A stretch of DNA of 64,000 nt from the NCBI GenBank assembly GCA_020536535.1, contig JAHLWZ010000596.1, forward strand, positions 37,369 to 101,368, given 5' to 3'. The position numbers and the translations under genes were made by a program. Source of the DNA: Pelomyxa schiedti. Lineage: Eukaryota > Protista > Evosea. Positions 45,673 to 57,753 of this stretch are shown in pieces; position 1 is the stretch's first letter, and every line of letters begins with the position of its first letter. Below the pieces are notes generated by a model that searched no databases, was not told where the DNA came from, and saw nothing but the letters and a program-made list of their open reading frames with translations.

Positions 45673-48093
45673 TTATGGGTTTCTTTTTTTAGCTGGGCTT
45701 TTTCTTGGGTACTTTGGTGCTGGTTCTGTTGGTGTTTCGTTTTCTTGTGTGTTGTCTGGTGTGAATTCCTCCAATTCCGCTAGCTCCGAGGGTCCCACTG
45801 CGCGGTCAGTTGCGTTTGCTTTTGCATCAATTTCTAGCCAACCCAGGAGTCTCTTGCTCAGATGCACATTGGAAGCAATGAACTTTTTAGCGGGTATGTC
45901 TGTGAAGCCCCAACACCGTGCAATGTTTCTGGGGTTTACTTTGTTGTAGGCGAGTGATACGCTATCATCGACGTCGTCAGGGCGCGCCGGGCTAGTAGCA
46001 GCGCTTCGTCGTTTGTAGTTCAGGTTTCGGTTGTGCTTCCACTTGGTGCATACGACGATACTCAGGTGAGTCAGGAGCGGTAAAACAGCCATGTTTTGCA
46101 TTGCTTTTAGGTAGCTTGCGATTTGTATTTGCCGAGAAGTGGTGAGCTGCGTTGTGGTGGAGAAGGGTTTGATATCTACTTGGCGCGACGTAAACTCTTT
46201 AAGTATTACTTCTTCACCATGCTGTATCATGAGTAGTGAGGTAGAGGTGCCTTGTTGTATTTCAATCTCAGTGGTTTGCATGGGAGAGGGACATTTCACT
46301 CTTGCGTTGTAATCCTTGAATGTGTGCGGAAGGGTGTAGTGAATGAAAAGGGAAACGGACTTCGGGTTGAAGAAAGTCGACACAAGTGGATAAGTAGCAA
46401 TTAAAACTCCTCTCTCAAGTGTAGAGAACTTCGTGTAGGAATGCAAGGGTACCAGGGAATTTATTGCTGTCACTGTGGAAGGAGGTAAGGCAAACTGGAG
46501 CAGGCGAGTGAAAAAAGGAATCTCTGTTTCGGACTCCAAGAAGAGAATTACTCTACTATGTTGTGAGCTTTTTTCTAGTATGGCTATCAAAGTCATAATC
46601 TTTTCTTCTGGTGGCAGAACAATATACGTCTGTAACACCATGTCTTCTAACGTGGGATTTGGCATTATTTTGAAGTACAATTCCCTTCTCATCGGAATAT
46701 CGCGGATTCTTTGCATGGGTGCACTTTTTGTTTCACACACAAGGATTGTCTGATGAGGTACTGGTAGTGCACGGGTAATCTCCAACAGAATGTGTTTTTC
46801 TGTTGGAGACAACTTTTCCATATCGTAAATTACTGCCAACCGTGCATTTCCCAGTTTCCATGGATGTGCACCTCGGCAAATGCATCTAGAAATAGTATAT
46901 GGGGTTCCAATCAAAATATTTGCATGAAGTAGCCTGTGTTGATTTTTTTCCCACTCTACTTTTTTATTTTTGCGTAGTATCTCCATATGTGTGTTGCAAG
47001 TAGATACCTTGTGCTCACACAACACTGTGGTGATGTTGTGGAAAAACAAAAGCTGGTCACACAGCTTCTTTGTTTTCGCGGCCTCTTCAGCAGAAGGGAG
47101 AATCAGCACCGCGCACTGTCCCCTTGCCGAAGGAAGATTCTTGGACAAATGTTCCACCACCGGAATCAGGAATGCCAGCTTTCTCCCACTGTAGCGTGGA
47201 GCGTACATAACCACATCACGCCCCTCCAGCATGGAAGGAATACACTCACTCTGCGCCCTAGTCATGTGCGTAAGCCTGAGGCGGTGCTGTAAAGCTTTCT
47301 TGGTTTGCTCTGACAGCTCCAAAGAGCTCCATGGCACCGGAGCCGCGCTTTCCCCGGTGGTGGAGCTCGACGAGGCCACCACGCGCTGCCGGGTCGGTTT
47401 CATCTTCTTAACTCCTGCTACTGAACTTGGTGGCTTGGGAGCTTTCGAATCGCTGCCGCCGGCATCGCTATCAGAATCGTCGTCGGCAGCGGCATGATTT
47501 CCGGGGCTTGTTGGTGAGCTGGTCTTGCCCTTTACGGTGGTGGAAGATGTCGATGTAGATGTAATTGCGGTTGTGTCTGTGGCTGTGGCTGCTGCTGCTG
47601 CTGCCGTGGGTATATGCGGCCTCCCTTCCGCACCGTCGCTCTCCACATCGTCGCCTTCCTCGTCCTCCGCCGCCCCACTCTCACTCTCGCTCTCGCTCTC
47701 CCTCCCGTCACTCGACTCCGCGTCGCTCTCTACCTCGCTTTCAACGTCCTCCTCTTCTACTTCCTCCGCGTCTTCCTCTTCCTCTTCCTCGTAGGCGTCA
47801 TCTTCGCCGTAGTAGTCGTGGTCACCGCCCACATTGTTGTGGCCTCCCACCGCGCCGTAGCTCCCCTCCTCGCCATCGTCGTCCCCCGGTCCTTTGGCCC
47901 CGCCCCCGCGCCGCGCCCGAGTCTCGGTTTCTTCCTCCTCCTGCCCTCCATCCTCGTGGTAGTCATCGCCTTCGCCCACCTCTGTGTCTCCCCTGCCCAC
48001 CTCCACATCTTCTTCGCCTTCCTCTTCGTCCTGCTTGCCCTCCCAGGGACTAATTTTGGGCTGCTCGCAGAGCAATGCCAGCAGCCTGTCCAT
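45673..48093 (-). CDS. Intronless DEAD-box helicase-like protein (Has1/DDX18-like) with degenerate catalytic motifs and an acidic N-terminus
   Basis: Q-motif region MTRAQSECIPSMLEGRDVV, APRYSGRKLAFLIP, ILIGTP, QTYIVLPPEEK and RVILF. Motifs I, II, III, V and VI are all altered. Confidence 0.8.
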   Translation of the reverse strand: MDRLLALLCEQPKISPWEGKQDEEEGEEDVEVGRGDTEVGEGDDYHEDGGQEEEETETRARRGGGAKGPGDDDGEEGSYGAVGGHNNVGGDHDYYGEDDAYEEEEEEDAEEVEEEDVESEVESDAESSDGRESESESESGAAEDEEGDDVESDGAEGRPHIPTAAAAAATATDTTAITSTSTSSTTVKGKTSSPTSPGNHAAADDDSDSDAGGSDSKAPKPPSSVAGVKKMKPTRQRVVASSSSTTGESAAPVPWSSLELSEQTKKALQHRLRLTHMTRAQSECIPSMLEGRDVVMYAPRYSGRKLAFLIPVVEHLSKNLPSARGQCAVLILPSAEEAAKTKKLCDQLLFFHNITTVLCEHKVSTCNTHMEILRKNKKVEWEKNQHRLLHANILIGTPYTISRCICRGAHPWKLGNARLAVIYDMEKLSPTEKHILLEITRALPVPHQTILVCETKSAPMQRIRDIPMRRELYFKIMPNPTLEDMVLQTYIVLPPEEKIMTLIAILEKSSQHSRVILFLESETEIPFFTRLLQFALPPSTVTAINSLVPLHSYTKFSTLERGVLIATYPLVSTFFNPKSVSLFIHYTLPHTFKDYNARVKCPSPMQTTEIEIQQGTSTSLLMIQHGEEVILKEFTSRQVDIKPFSTTTQLTTSRQIQIASYLKAMQNMAVLPLLTHLSIVVCTKWKHNRNLNYKRRSAATSPARPDDVDDSVSLAYNKVNPRNIARCWGFTDIPAKKFIASNVHLSKRLLGWLEIDAKANATDRAVGPSELAELEEFTPDNTQENETPTEPAPKYPRKSPAKKRNP

Positions 48094-48206
48094 CGCCACG
48101 CCGATTGAGACGCGTTTTAATTTTAATAGAGTTGCCGAAGGGCAACTGCACCCACGGTGGCGCTTTAGAAAAACAGTAGCTATTGTTTTTCTATTTAAAG
48201 TATATT

Positions 48207-51200
48207 TTACCACCGGAATAAGCGCCTGGACTTCTCAGTCTTAGCACTAAATCTTGATATTGCGCTGCCGCTTGAGTACGCGTCCAAAAACGTCTTCAGG
48301 TTGTTTGAGGTCACCTTCATGTAATTCCTGAATAATGTGGTTTTGTGCTCATCCAAAACATCTTTTTTTGCCTCCTCGAGCTGGTCGGCCAAGTGTTCTG
48401 TTGCCCTGGCATTGCTTTAGTTGTGTCTTTTGTCCTTCGAGGGTACACACTTCTCTAGATCTTCCTGCATAAATTCAAATAATAGCTTTTCCTTTGCATC
48501 TTGGAGGAAGAATCCAAAGACATAGGTGAACTGTGTTGTGTAAGAAAAGCAAACTCTATCTGTATTACCTTTAATATTTGCCTACAATCATCTAATAAAT
48601 TGACCGCTTCAATCAGAAAATTGCCTGACAGAGTGGTAAGACTGGGTCTGTTTAGACTGTTGGTCCCTCTCCACTATTTACCTTTGCGATTTATGAGTTC
48701 GTACGCAGGCAAAAGTGAAGCCTTGATAGATGTCACTTTCTCCGGAAGTGCTTTTTGAGCATTTCCATGGTGCTCGAATCTTAGTGACGGTAAAAAAAAA
48801 AAAAATATTCCTTCCAAAAAGGAACACATTGGTCTTACCGTGTGAAATAGTGAATGTACCGATCTTTGGAAAAGAGTTAGGTAGTAATGCGGACAAACTT
48901 ACATACGAATATCGGGATCTGCTTTTTTATTTGCCCATTCATCGTGTTTTTTAACATCCTTTTTAACAGAGAAAGTTGGTAATCAGTTGAAACAGTGAAA
49001 ACAGACATATCGATTACAAGAGAAATAGCCCCCTGTATGCGAGCCATGTGTGGACCTAGTAAAATGAAAAACCTAGGCTGAGTATGTGGCCTCTTACCAG
49101 GGAGCTTTACACATCCAACAAAATTCGTGCTGGAAGTAACATTAGAACGCACCAACAGAAGCATACACACTTTACACGCAATACATGTCATGTGCATGCA
49201 TCCTAGGATTGTGTTAGTGCCAATAAGAAAAATAGTTCTATACCTTCATTTTTCTCAATGAATGCATTGCACTCTGCGGATATTATTTTTAGTGTTTTTA
49301 GGGTGTAAACTGATTAATACTTGGGCAAGCCTTTGTGTGCTCTCTCAACCAATTCGCAATCGTAGCATCACTACCCCCTTTCTTCTTCCATTCTGATAAC
49401 TAATACGTGTTGTTCTTGGAGGGAAAAAAAAATCAGCTCTACATTGTCACATGTTGCAGGACTATGCATTTCCTCACGGCAATGAAAACTGTTTCAAATG
49501 TTATGCAGTGTAAAAAGCCACATCAACATACCACATTCTCCAACCACATAAACAGGTGAGATCAAGTGGTTTCGGAACGGAATCTCCTGCATAATATATG
49601 GCCCATTTGCAAGACTGTGGATTTGAACACCACACTGCTTTTCTTGGATTGCATTAGTGAAAATATCAACACCAAAATCCTGACTTATTATTGTCAATAA
49701 AAGCCTTCAAAAAAAACCATTGGTATCTTTGGTAGTCTGTCTGGTTCAGGAATTTCTGAAAGGCACTTATATCTACAGTTATTTTGCAATTTGGTGCCAT
49801 GCACCTAGGTTTAGGTGACTTAAAGAATGGAGGAAGAATAAAATCCACGTTGTAAATATGCAAGTTGGCCCGTCTTCAAGTTTTGTTCGTAAATGAGAAG
49901 CCCAGCAGTCGTAACAATAGAAGTGCTTACAACCAAGTGCAAACATTTGTGAGGGTGGATAGTCACAACCACAAACTGGACAGTCCAAATTTGGTCCCGT
50001 TTCTGTAGGAGGGGAAATGGAAGCCACAGACGAGGAAGAATTTTGTGACATATCGTGGTTTGTGGAACTGTTAGTACTAGTGGACGAAGCTGTGGTTGGT
50101 GGAGACACTGTTTGTGGGATGGCCGCTGCGGATGACGATGTGGTGGAACTTGCATTGGTTGTGATAGATGTTATTGTACTAGTGGTTGAGGTTGTTGCGG
50201 AGGGTGTGGTACTGGTTGAATTAGTAGAAGTAGCAGTATCTGTGGATTGCTCGGGGACAGGGTGGGCTGCAGCTGCAGCTGTGCGGTATCTGAGGGCAAG
50301 ATCGTCTGGAAGAGCGCCTTCCAGAATAGATTCCACAACTTACATGCAAAAGTTAACAGAAGGAATGAAGAAGTTAGTTAATTACCTAAATCCACGTCAT
50401 GATTGAAATGCAACAAACAATCCGAAACGAATGATGAATCTGAGGCTACCTCTGGGAACTGGTTTCTTATATAATCAATATCGATTGCTTGAGAAACCTG
50501 TTATGCTTTTTTTAACCTTTTACCCTTTTGTAGGATTGGTGAGTATAACATACTTCATCTTGGCAGCTATTTCTATCTTCAAATAACATTGCAATAGCTT
50601 CTTCAAGGGTTGAAGTTCGGGTAAGAGCAATAGTGGAAACCTGAAGATTCCAGTCTTGAACAAAAGGGGAGAAAAAAATGGCATACCCCTGGAAAGAAAC
50701 CCATATCACGTAACATCTGCAGGTGTTCCTGGTTTACTTTGGGTAAGGCAATCGGTTTTGCTGCTGGCGCAGGAGGGAGAGGGGCAGGGCTATCAGTGTC
50801 TGACCAATCAGAATCAGTATCGGGTATCTCTGCCCTGGGAGGTGGGTCAGCTGCACTTCTACGAATGTCTTGCAATCTCTGCCGCAGAGTCTCAATAAGA
50901 CTATTCATCTCTAGTGGCGGGGCAGGGCTTGTGATGGGAGGTGGATTTGGTGTTGCATCTAAAGAGGAAAAGAGAAGGTTTTCTGGGACATTGGGAGGCA
51001 TGCTTGCTGTAACGAGAAGTTACTACAAAGAACAACGACAGAGATAGGTGCTGTGGGAAGTGGAATGAATAAGCGCACTGGGGTTTATTCCAGCTGTAGC
51101 AAACACGTCATCACTATTGTCATAGAATTTATCAACAAGTACGCTTCTCTCCCATCTAAATTGTTGAAGGAGGACGCCAGAGACTGGAAGGGTTACACCA

Positions 51201-51823
51201 AGAACACTGGCTACATCTGTTATTCATATGTTAGAGTGGTGTAGCGAATTGGATGAAAACCTTTCATAACTACTTTCTGTAAGAGAAGGATTTCCTCTTT
51301 ACTTAATACTTTTAAGGGTTCGGGCCCAGGTAAGGGCTTCAAATCTACAATACCGTGAGGGAGGGAAAATGGCAAAGCTCATACCAGCCAAGAGAGCAGG
51401 AGGGAGCGAGAGCTGTGGTGGCGGGTCGTCTCCGTCATCATATATGTCAGGATCTGGGTCATAAAACTCACCAACGGAGGTCTTCAAGGGGTTAACATCG
51501 TCTGGGTCGTAGTTGTCGTCACCTTTCAGGTTAATTAGTAAAGAACTCACCCTATTAACACAATGTACCAGCGCCGTCAACACTACTAGTTGACACTTTC
51601 AATCCAGTAGGTTCTGGGGCAGGGACCACTTCAACATCTTTCCCTTTACTGCCTATGCCACTGGAAACAACAAGGTCTTTCCTTTTGATACTGCCAGATC
51701 CCCTAAGGCCCTTCCTGCAACGTGACGAACGTCAGTTGGATCTCCAGCCAACAACAACAAAGAAATCACATCATCAAATGGCATGTTCTCGTACCCACGT
51801 GACGTTGGCTGCTGTTGTCCCAT
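48207..51823 (-). CDS. Ariadne-like RBR E3 ubiquitin ligase with N-terminal UBA/CUE-like elements
   Basis: RING1 CPVCGC...GCKHFYCYDCW...CMAPNC, IBR CFHCREEMHSPATC, RING2 [27 protein letters not shown], and UBA-like HLQMLRDMGF. Confidence 0.85.
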
Positions 51824-52092
51824 CTTGGTTTTTTTTTATTTGTGTAGTTTTTTTGTCTTTTTTGTTCGCAATCAAGCCATTCACTTCACAGCAAGAAAAA
51901 AAATGGCAGCATTGGTGCATCTAGCAGATCCGCCGGGGAACTAAGTTGTTACTGGATTCCCCCACAATCTTGGGGTTGACGCTTCACATTCGTAGTTAAA
52001 GAGCTGGTCATCAGAGGTTTTCTGAGGGTGATTGGAGATCTTGTGAGAGGAATTCCTGCCTTTTTTCATTTCTTTTGGTGTTTGACGGGGCG

Positions 52093-54519
52093 ATGAGCGG
52101 CGACAATTCGTCTACAACAGCGATGAGCAGTACGGGCGTAGATCTTCTTGGCGGGTTGGGCGCTGTTGTTCCCACGACTTCGCGTGAAACGGAGCCGACT
52201 GTCCCTGTATCGCAACCATTTGTCGATCTGATCTCGCCCGCGCCTAGTGCCGAGGTCTCGAAACCGCCGGCCATTCTTGACGGCACCACGGAAAGCGCTA
52301 CCGAAACCACCAAAAGCGAAAAATTGGACGACGACGCCAAAGGCGCGGAGGGGTTTGCTGCCGCCCAACCCTCAGGAAACTCAGCGAGTTCGCTTTTTGA
52401 CACAAGTGGCGACTGGTTCGCACCTTCGACGTTTTCGTTCAATCAAAGCACTCCTGCCGCGGCACCGGCGGCGGACCTTTTTTTTGGCAACACTCGGCCC
52501 ACTACTACTGCTGCTTCTACTATGTTTGACATCAGCGGCGCTGAACCGGCCAAGGAAACTCAGCAGCAAGAAACACTCAATAAGATTCTAAGTGAGGCTA
52601 ATGAGCTTCGTGCATCAGCAGAGGAGTCATCACGCGAAATCGCGCGACTTCGGGAGGAGTGTCATGCAGCACGGGACGCTGCAACTCGTGCCGCCGATAT
52701 TGCCAAAGTGACATTATCCAAGGCGGAATCTTCGGCAATGGAATTGGTTTCATTGCGGGCAAAGCTAGCAACCGCTGAAGCCTCAGGTTCTGTAAAATGT
52801 ACACAACTCAAGGTTAGTAGCTACCTGGCAGACAATGTTTGGTCTTCTGAAACCTTTTGTCCTTATTTTCCCTTAAGAGTGAACTTGAGCAATTACGAAA
52901 AGCTTCTGCAATCGGGGATTTAGTTTTGCGTGCAATTTACTCTATTTCTACTCCGCGTTTTCTTTCGCAGCCGTCGTGCCCCTACTTTCCTCACACATCA
53001 CAAGTTATATTAGATTATGTGCACTCATTGGAGAGCGAGTCATCAATGCCCACTTTCGAAGGGGTAATCGAGGCACTCAAGATTGTGTCTAAGGTGCATA
53101 CTTTACTTCATTATTTGTGTAAATGAGCTTCTTGAAGACGCAATCATCAAATCCAGAAATGTCTGTATACTGGATTGTTTCAATGTGGTACATTCTAAAC
53201 GCACTGTTGAAAGAAACTCCGGATCCACCGTATGTAATGGTTTTTATACCATTCATTATTAAGCAAACAAACAGAATGAAGCCAAGTGACTATCTCCAGG
53301 AGCCATCACCCAGCAATCCCATACCCACTACCACAAATGGCAGTTCTGCTGGAAGTTCTGGAGCTGGCAGTCGTGCAAACAGTACGAGCAGTGGAACTGG
53401 AGCAAATTCGGCCATTAGTTCCCCACCTTCCCCAAGTTTATGCAAGAATGACTCTGGCATGAACTGGTTCTTGATTCAGCTTAATAAAGCTATATCCGAT
53501 GCCTTCACACTAATTATGAAACGGGTACAACAGGTTTGTGGGTTAATTAGTAATCTATTCCTAAATACTTCAAGTTGTTGAAACCAATGCTTGTTCCAGC
53601 ATTTCTTGAGCAGCAAGCCCCACAACCAGGGCCAGCAACTCCCAAGAAGTCTACGGGACAACCTCCACAACGGTAGAGCTTTTTCCTCTCCTCGTCTCAC
53701 TTGCACAGTGTGCATCATCCGTCGGAGGTAATCGAAGTTATGGTTGATACGCTAAAGCAGCTCGATGCTGGTCACATGCCCCAAAATTTGTGCAACCAGT
53801 TTTTCTCTCAACTCTGTCACTGGATCAATGCCATTCTTTTCAATAAACTCGTCTGCTTTCCGCATTTATGTATGCCTTTGCCCAACAAGCCAACAATTCA
53901 TTTCATTCCATTCAGGCACTTGTGGTAATGGAATACAAGTTAAACTTGGGCTGTCAATGATTGAAGACTTTCTTTCTAAAACATCTTACCTTTCTACTGC
54001 GAAGTATGTCCCTTCTATTCTTTCGATTCTATGTCTTACTCACTCAGGGAATACTTAGAACATACCCGACAGGTGAGGCTGACGGATTTCTCTTTTGGGC
54101 TTTTCCCATCCTAATACAACCCTCACGTTTAGGCTTGCAATTTGTTTTTTATGGATAAAAGCATTTTACTGGATCAAGGCAGTCTTACATCCATTTTTGG
54201 ATGTCTCAACGTTTGCCAGATTACGCTACTAGTGCAATCTTTTAAACCGGATATGTAAGCTGTTGCCTGTCAATAAGAAATCCTCTGAATCCCGCACAGG
54301 TTTTCTCCTGTACCGGTTGACCCAAAGATTCTTGTAGCGCTAAAAAAATACCAAGACCAAAGCCTTCCCCTGATGCTGGACCCCGACCTATTCATTATCC
54401 CACACCCCACACCACCACCCTCTGCCCCCACTCCCAGTCCCTCTGCACCCAGCACTTCCTCCACAACAAATCCTCCCAACAGCACAACTCCAAACACTGC
54501 CACAACTTCCACAGACTAA
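52093..54519 (+). CDS. Coiled-coil plus Dilute (DIL) domain protein without a myosin motor
   Basis: QFFSQLCHWINAILFNKL, CTCGNGIQVKLGLSMIEDFL, LEHTRQACNL and CLNVCQITLLVQSFKPD match the DIL pattern. Confidence 0.8.
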
Positions 54520-54646
54520 GCCACCAAACAATTCACTGTAATTTGAAAGGCCTTTCAACGTGTTGAAAAACAGTCAGAAAAACCAACTTCGTGGTGTTTA
54601 TGTTCTTTACAAATGAGTAAATACAGCCGTTAAGTGGTGAACGCTG

Positions 54647-56087
54647 CTACAATTTGTAGTACGTTGGGTTGGTCGTTGAGCACCTACCGAGTTTCGGCGG
54701 TTTGGGGTTGCTTAGCTGTATTGAGGGTGGTGAATTCTCTGGAGTTGCTTTTTTCCGCTTTCCTAGCCCTGTGGCATATGAGCCATCACTCTTCTTCTTT
54801 TCTGATGTGGGTGTTAGACAGCAGTTGACTACTATGCGGCACTTACTTTTGCAGAGGCTCTGCACTGCCCGGGCTTGAAGAACAAAAGATTGTGTTCGTA
54901 AGCATGTGCCTGGGTGCAGTTCGACTACCATAGATAGAGAAGTGTGAAGATGGTCTCTGAGGACAGCACGTATCAGTGATTAATGTGGGAGTGGCAACTA
55001 TAAAACCTGGATGAGGAACAATTTGACTTGCAATCATCAAACACAAATACATTCATTGCCGTATCCCCAACCACTGTTTGTTCGGGTTGAAAGGGTGATT
55101 GTGCTGAAACACCAATGGTAACAAGCTTTCGGCCCGGACCACACATCTGACACGAGTCAATCTCTGCATTTGAGTTAGACCCTAGATAGGGAAATTAGCT
55201 CCCACCTTCATTTGAAGTCTCTCTACAGCACTTTGCATTGAGGCCGGCAATAAGTATATCATCACAAGATAGTAAAAGCTGCTGCATCAGTGGAACAGCA
55301 ATTTTGATAACCAGCTGCATCACGGATGAGAAAAATAGGATACAGAGTTAGTGGTTACCTGAAATTTTTTATGTCTGAAAATTTTATAGGTTGAAAGAGT
55401 GATTTCCATCTGCGATTGAGCAGGGTCCAGTACCTCCACTGCAGCTGAGGACATATTCCTCAACGGTCTAACAAGTGAAGGCTGACGTGTATGAGAGGTT
55501 GCATGATTTGTGTGAGGTTGTTCCCTGTGCGGCACTGAAGAAGTGGATGCTGGTCTCTGGGACGGAATTGCCAACTCCAGGTGTTGCATTGGAACAATAG
55601 AGTCCAATTTTGTCGTGGGTGGGAGTGCGAAGCTGGGAGTTATCTGCCGTCCTGTGAGCAGTTGAACCTGAATCTGTAATAGCAACTGTTTGATGGCCAC
55701 GGTGTCTGTCTCTTGAACCGCGCGAACGGATGCACTTGGCAACTGTAGTTCTTTGAGGGCTTGCCTCAGTTGGTCATTGTTGCGAGAGAAATCTGCACCC
55801 AGTTCGGCGACTGCTACCTGTGTGGGAACACGAATTGTCAGAGACTGTTGTCAACAACATGTCCAGGAGAGTGGAGCAACTCACTTGAGTGGAGCTTGAC
55901 ATCAGAGGTTTTGGTTTTTTGTGTTTTTGAAATTAAGAAGTGCTTTTTCCTTGGTTTGGTTAAGAGGCAATTTGGTTAAGTTTGCATGGGTTGGCCCGAA
56001 GTTCAACCTCCCCTCTGCATCTTCAATGTCCGACTGTTGAGCATCGATCCAATCTTGGGATTTTACCGGAAAATATATCAACTGCAA
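54647..56087 (-). CDS. Paralog B of the Cys/His-domain putative transcription factor; both ends uncertain
   Basis: STYKIFRHKKFQ|LVIKI...SCDDILIAGLNAKCCRE|DSCQMCGPGRKLVTIGVSAQSPF...FDDCKSNCSSSR|DHLHTSL...FVLQARAVQS, with the same intron positions as paralog A. Confidence 0.7.
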
Positions 56088-56679
56088 CTCTCGCGTAGCC
56101 TTATGAGGATGTGTCGTTGACTGTCAGTTCACAAAAAAGTCCCTTGCGGAGAATGTGATTTCTGCTTTCTTTTATTCTGCAGGGAAAGGGAAATGCCGGT
56201 GATGCTGGCATAAAAGACAACTTCCCAAGAGGGTTCTAAATGCACACCCCTGAACTGGAGAGTTATTTTGGACACTTTCACATGGTTCCTTCCAGGAGCA
56301 TGTTCCCTGAACGAGTGCAACCTCTTGTGCGCTCACGATGGGGAAATGAATGATGTTTCAATGTCAATTGCCTCAGTGTTTGTTCGGGGCACCTACGGTC
56401 ATCAGACACGCGTGGGGAGCTGGTCTCAGTCGAGTGGATGATGGTAAAAAAAGTACATGTGGAAAAGGGCCAGCCAATGGGGATGGCCTTCAGGTTTGCT
56501 ATGGGCTCTCTACAAGGAAAAGTATTGGAGGAGGACCGCTTTCATTGTGCCCTTTAACATCTGAACCACTGGTTGCCTTCTCTCCATTTTTTTCCTTTCA
56601 TTTCTTATTTTTTTTCTTTCTTTCCATTACAGGTGGGGACATGGGTGAGGAGGCAGTAGGAATGAAAAGATAGCAGACC

Positions 56680-57468
56680 TCAGGGTTTGTGCAACCTAGC
56701 AACACGCAAGTAAAACGGCCACCTCACGCATAGTTTTTGGTCCCTTGTTGGTCCCCAGACTGGTTCCAGAGCAGAAATAAGCCTTGGAATCGGGTCGGCG
56801 CCCGAATTCTTGCGCTTGTACTCGCCAATGCACGACCACGACGATATGGAGCCGGCCAGGTGGTCCATGTCCAGCTGCAGCGACAAAAAGAACTCGGGGG
56901 CCTCGACCTCGTCCTTGAACGGGAACGGTATGGTCCTGTACTTCTCGTCCACCCACTTCCTCTCAGGAGGCCAGTACGGCGCCATCTCCTCGACGAAGCC
57001 CAGGACGGCGCGCGTGGCCGCCTCGTTGCCGACGACGCAGGGCAGGTAGTACGTCCAGGCCGCGAAGACCGCGCCGTCCTTGGCCAGCCTCAGGACCTCT
57101 GGGTAGAACTCGTCGAAGTTGAACCAGTGCATGGCCTGGGCGCACACGACGGCGTCGGCGCACGAGTCCTCCAGGCCGGTGCGCTCGGCGCGGGCGACGA
57201 CGTAGCGGACGCGCTCGTGGGGCCGGGCCTGCGACACCTGGGCCTGGCTGGGGTCGACGCCCACGACGGCGGCGAAGTGGGCCGCCAGGGGCACCGAGGC
57301 CTGCCCGCTGCCGCAGCCGCAGTCGACGACGAGGTTCCGGCGGGCCGCGGGAAGCAGCGAGGCCACCCAGGCCACGAGCTCCCCGGGGGTGTCGGGGCGG
57401 TACGCCGCGTAGTTGGTGGATACTGCCGAGAAGTAGTTCTTGAACGCGGCTGGCGCCTCACTGGACAT
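56680..57468 (-). CDS. Class I SAM-dependent methyltransferase (Methyltransf_11-like), intronless
   Basis: YAAYRP, VDCGCGSGQA (motif I), GVDPS, AQAMHWF and YWPPERKWVDEKYRTIPFPF. Confidence 0.9.
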   Translation of the reverse strand: MSSEAPAAFKNYFSAVSTNYAAYRPDTPGELVAWVASLLPAARRNLVVDCGCGSGQASVPLAAHFAAVVGVDPSQAQVSQARPHERVRYVVARAERTGLEDSCADAVVCAQAMHWFNFDEFYPEVLRLAKDGAVFAAWTYYLPCVVGNEAATRAVLGFVEEMAPYWPPERKWVDEKYRTIPFPFKDEVEAPEFFLSLQLDMDHLAGSISSWSCIGEYKRKNSGADPIPRLISALEPVWGPTRDQKLCVRWPFYLRVARLHKP

Positions 57469-57753
57469 TCTTTCTTCTGTAGAAGAATTTACATTTTTGG
57501 CCAATCGTCGATCAAAGGAAGAATGGCATTTGGGTACCTCAGGTGCTTCCTTCCATCGGATTTCCAGTGGGATACGGGACGCACATGTGAGTCATCTGTG
57601 ATGTGGCAGAGTCGGGGCTGGCCTGTTCGCTTCGCGTGGAATCCTTCTTTGAAGGGAGCTTTTCCCGAACGGATCTTGGCAATCAAACGGGCACAGCGAA
57701 ATGAGAAGACAAAAAACAATACAAAAAAAAATACAAACAAACCAATAAACGAG

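Noticed and set aside
3837-51823. Cluster of ubiquitin-proteasome genes (Josephin, RPN13, OTU, PA200, RBR, F-box-like)
   Set aside because: The genes are interspersed with unrelated ones over about 48 kb and the category is large, so there is no evidence beyond chance.
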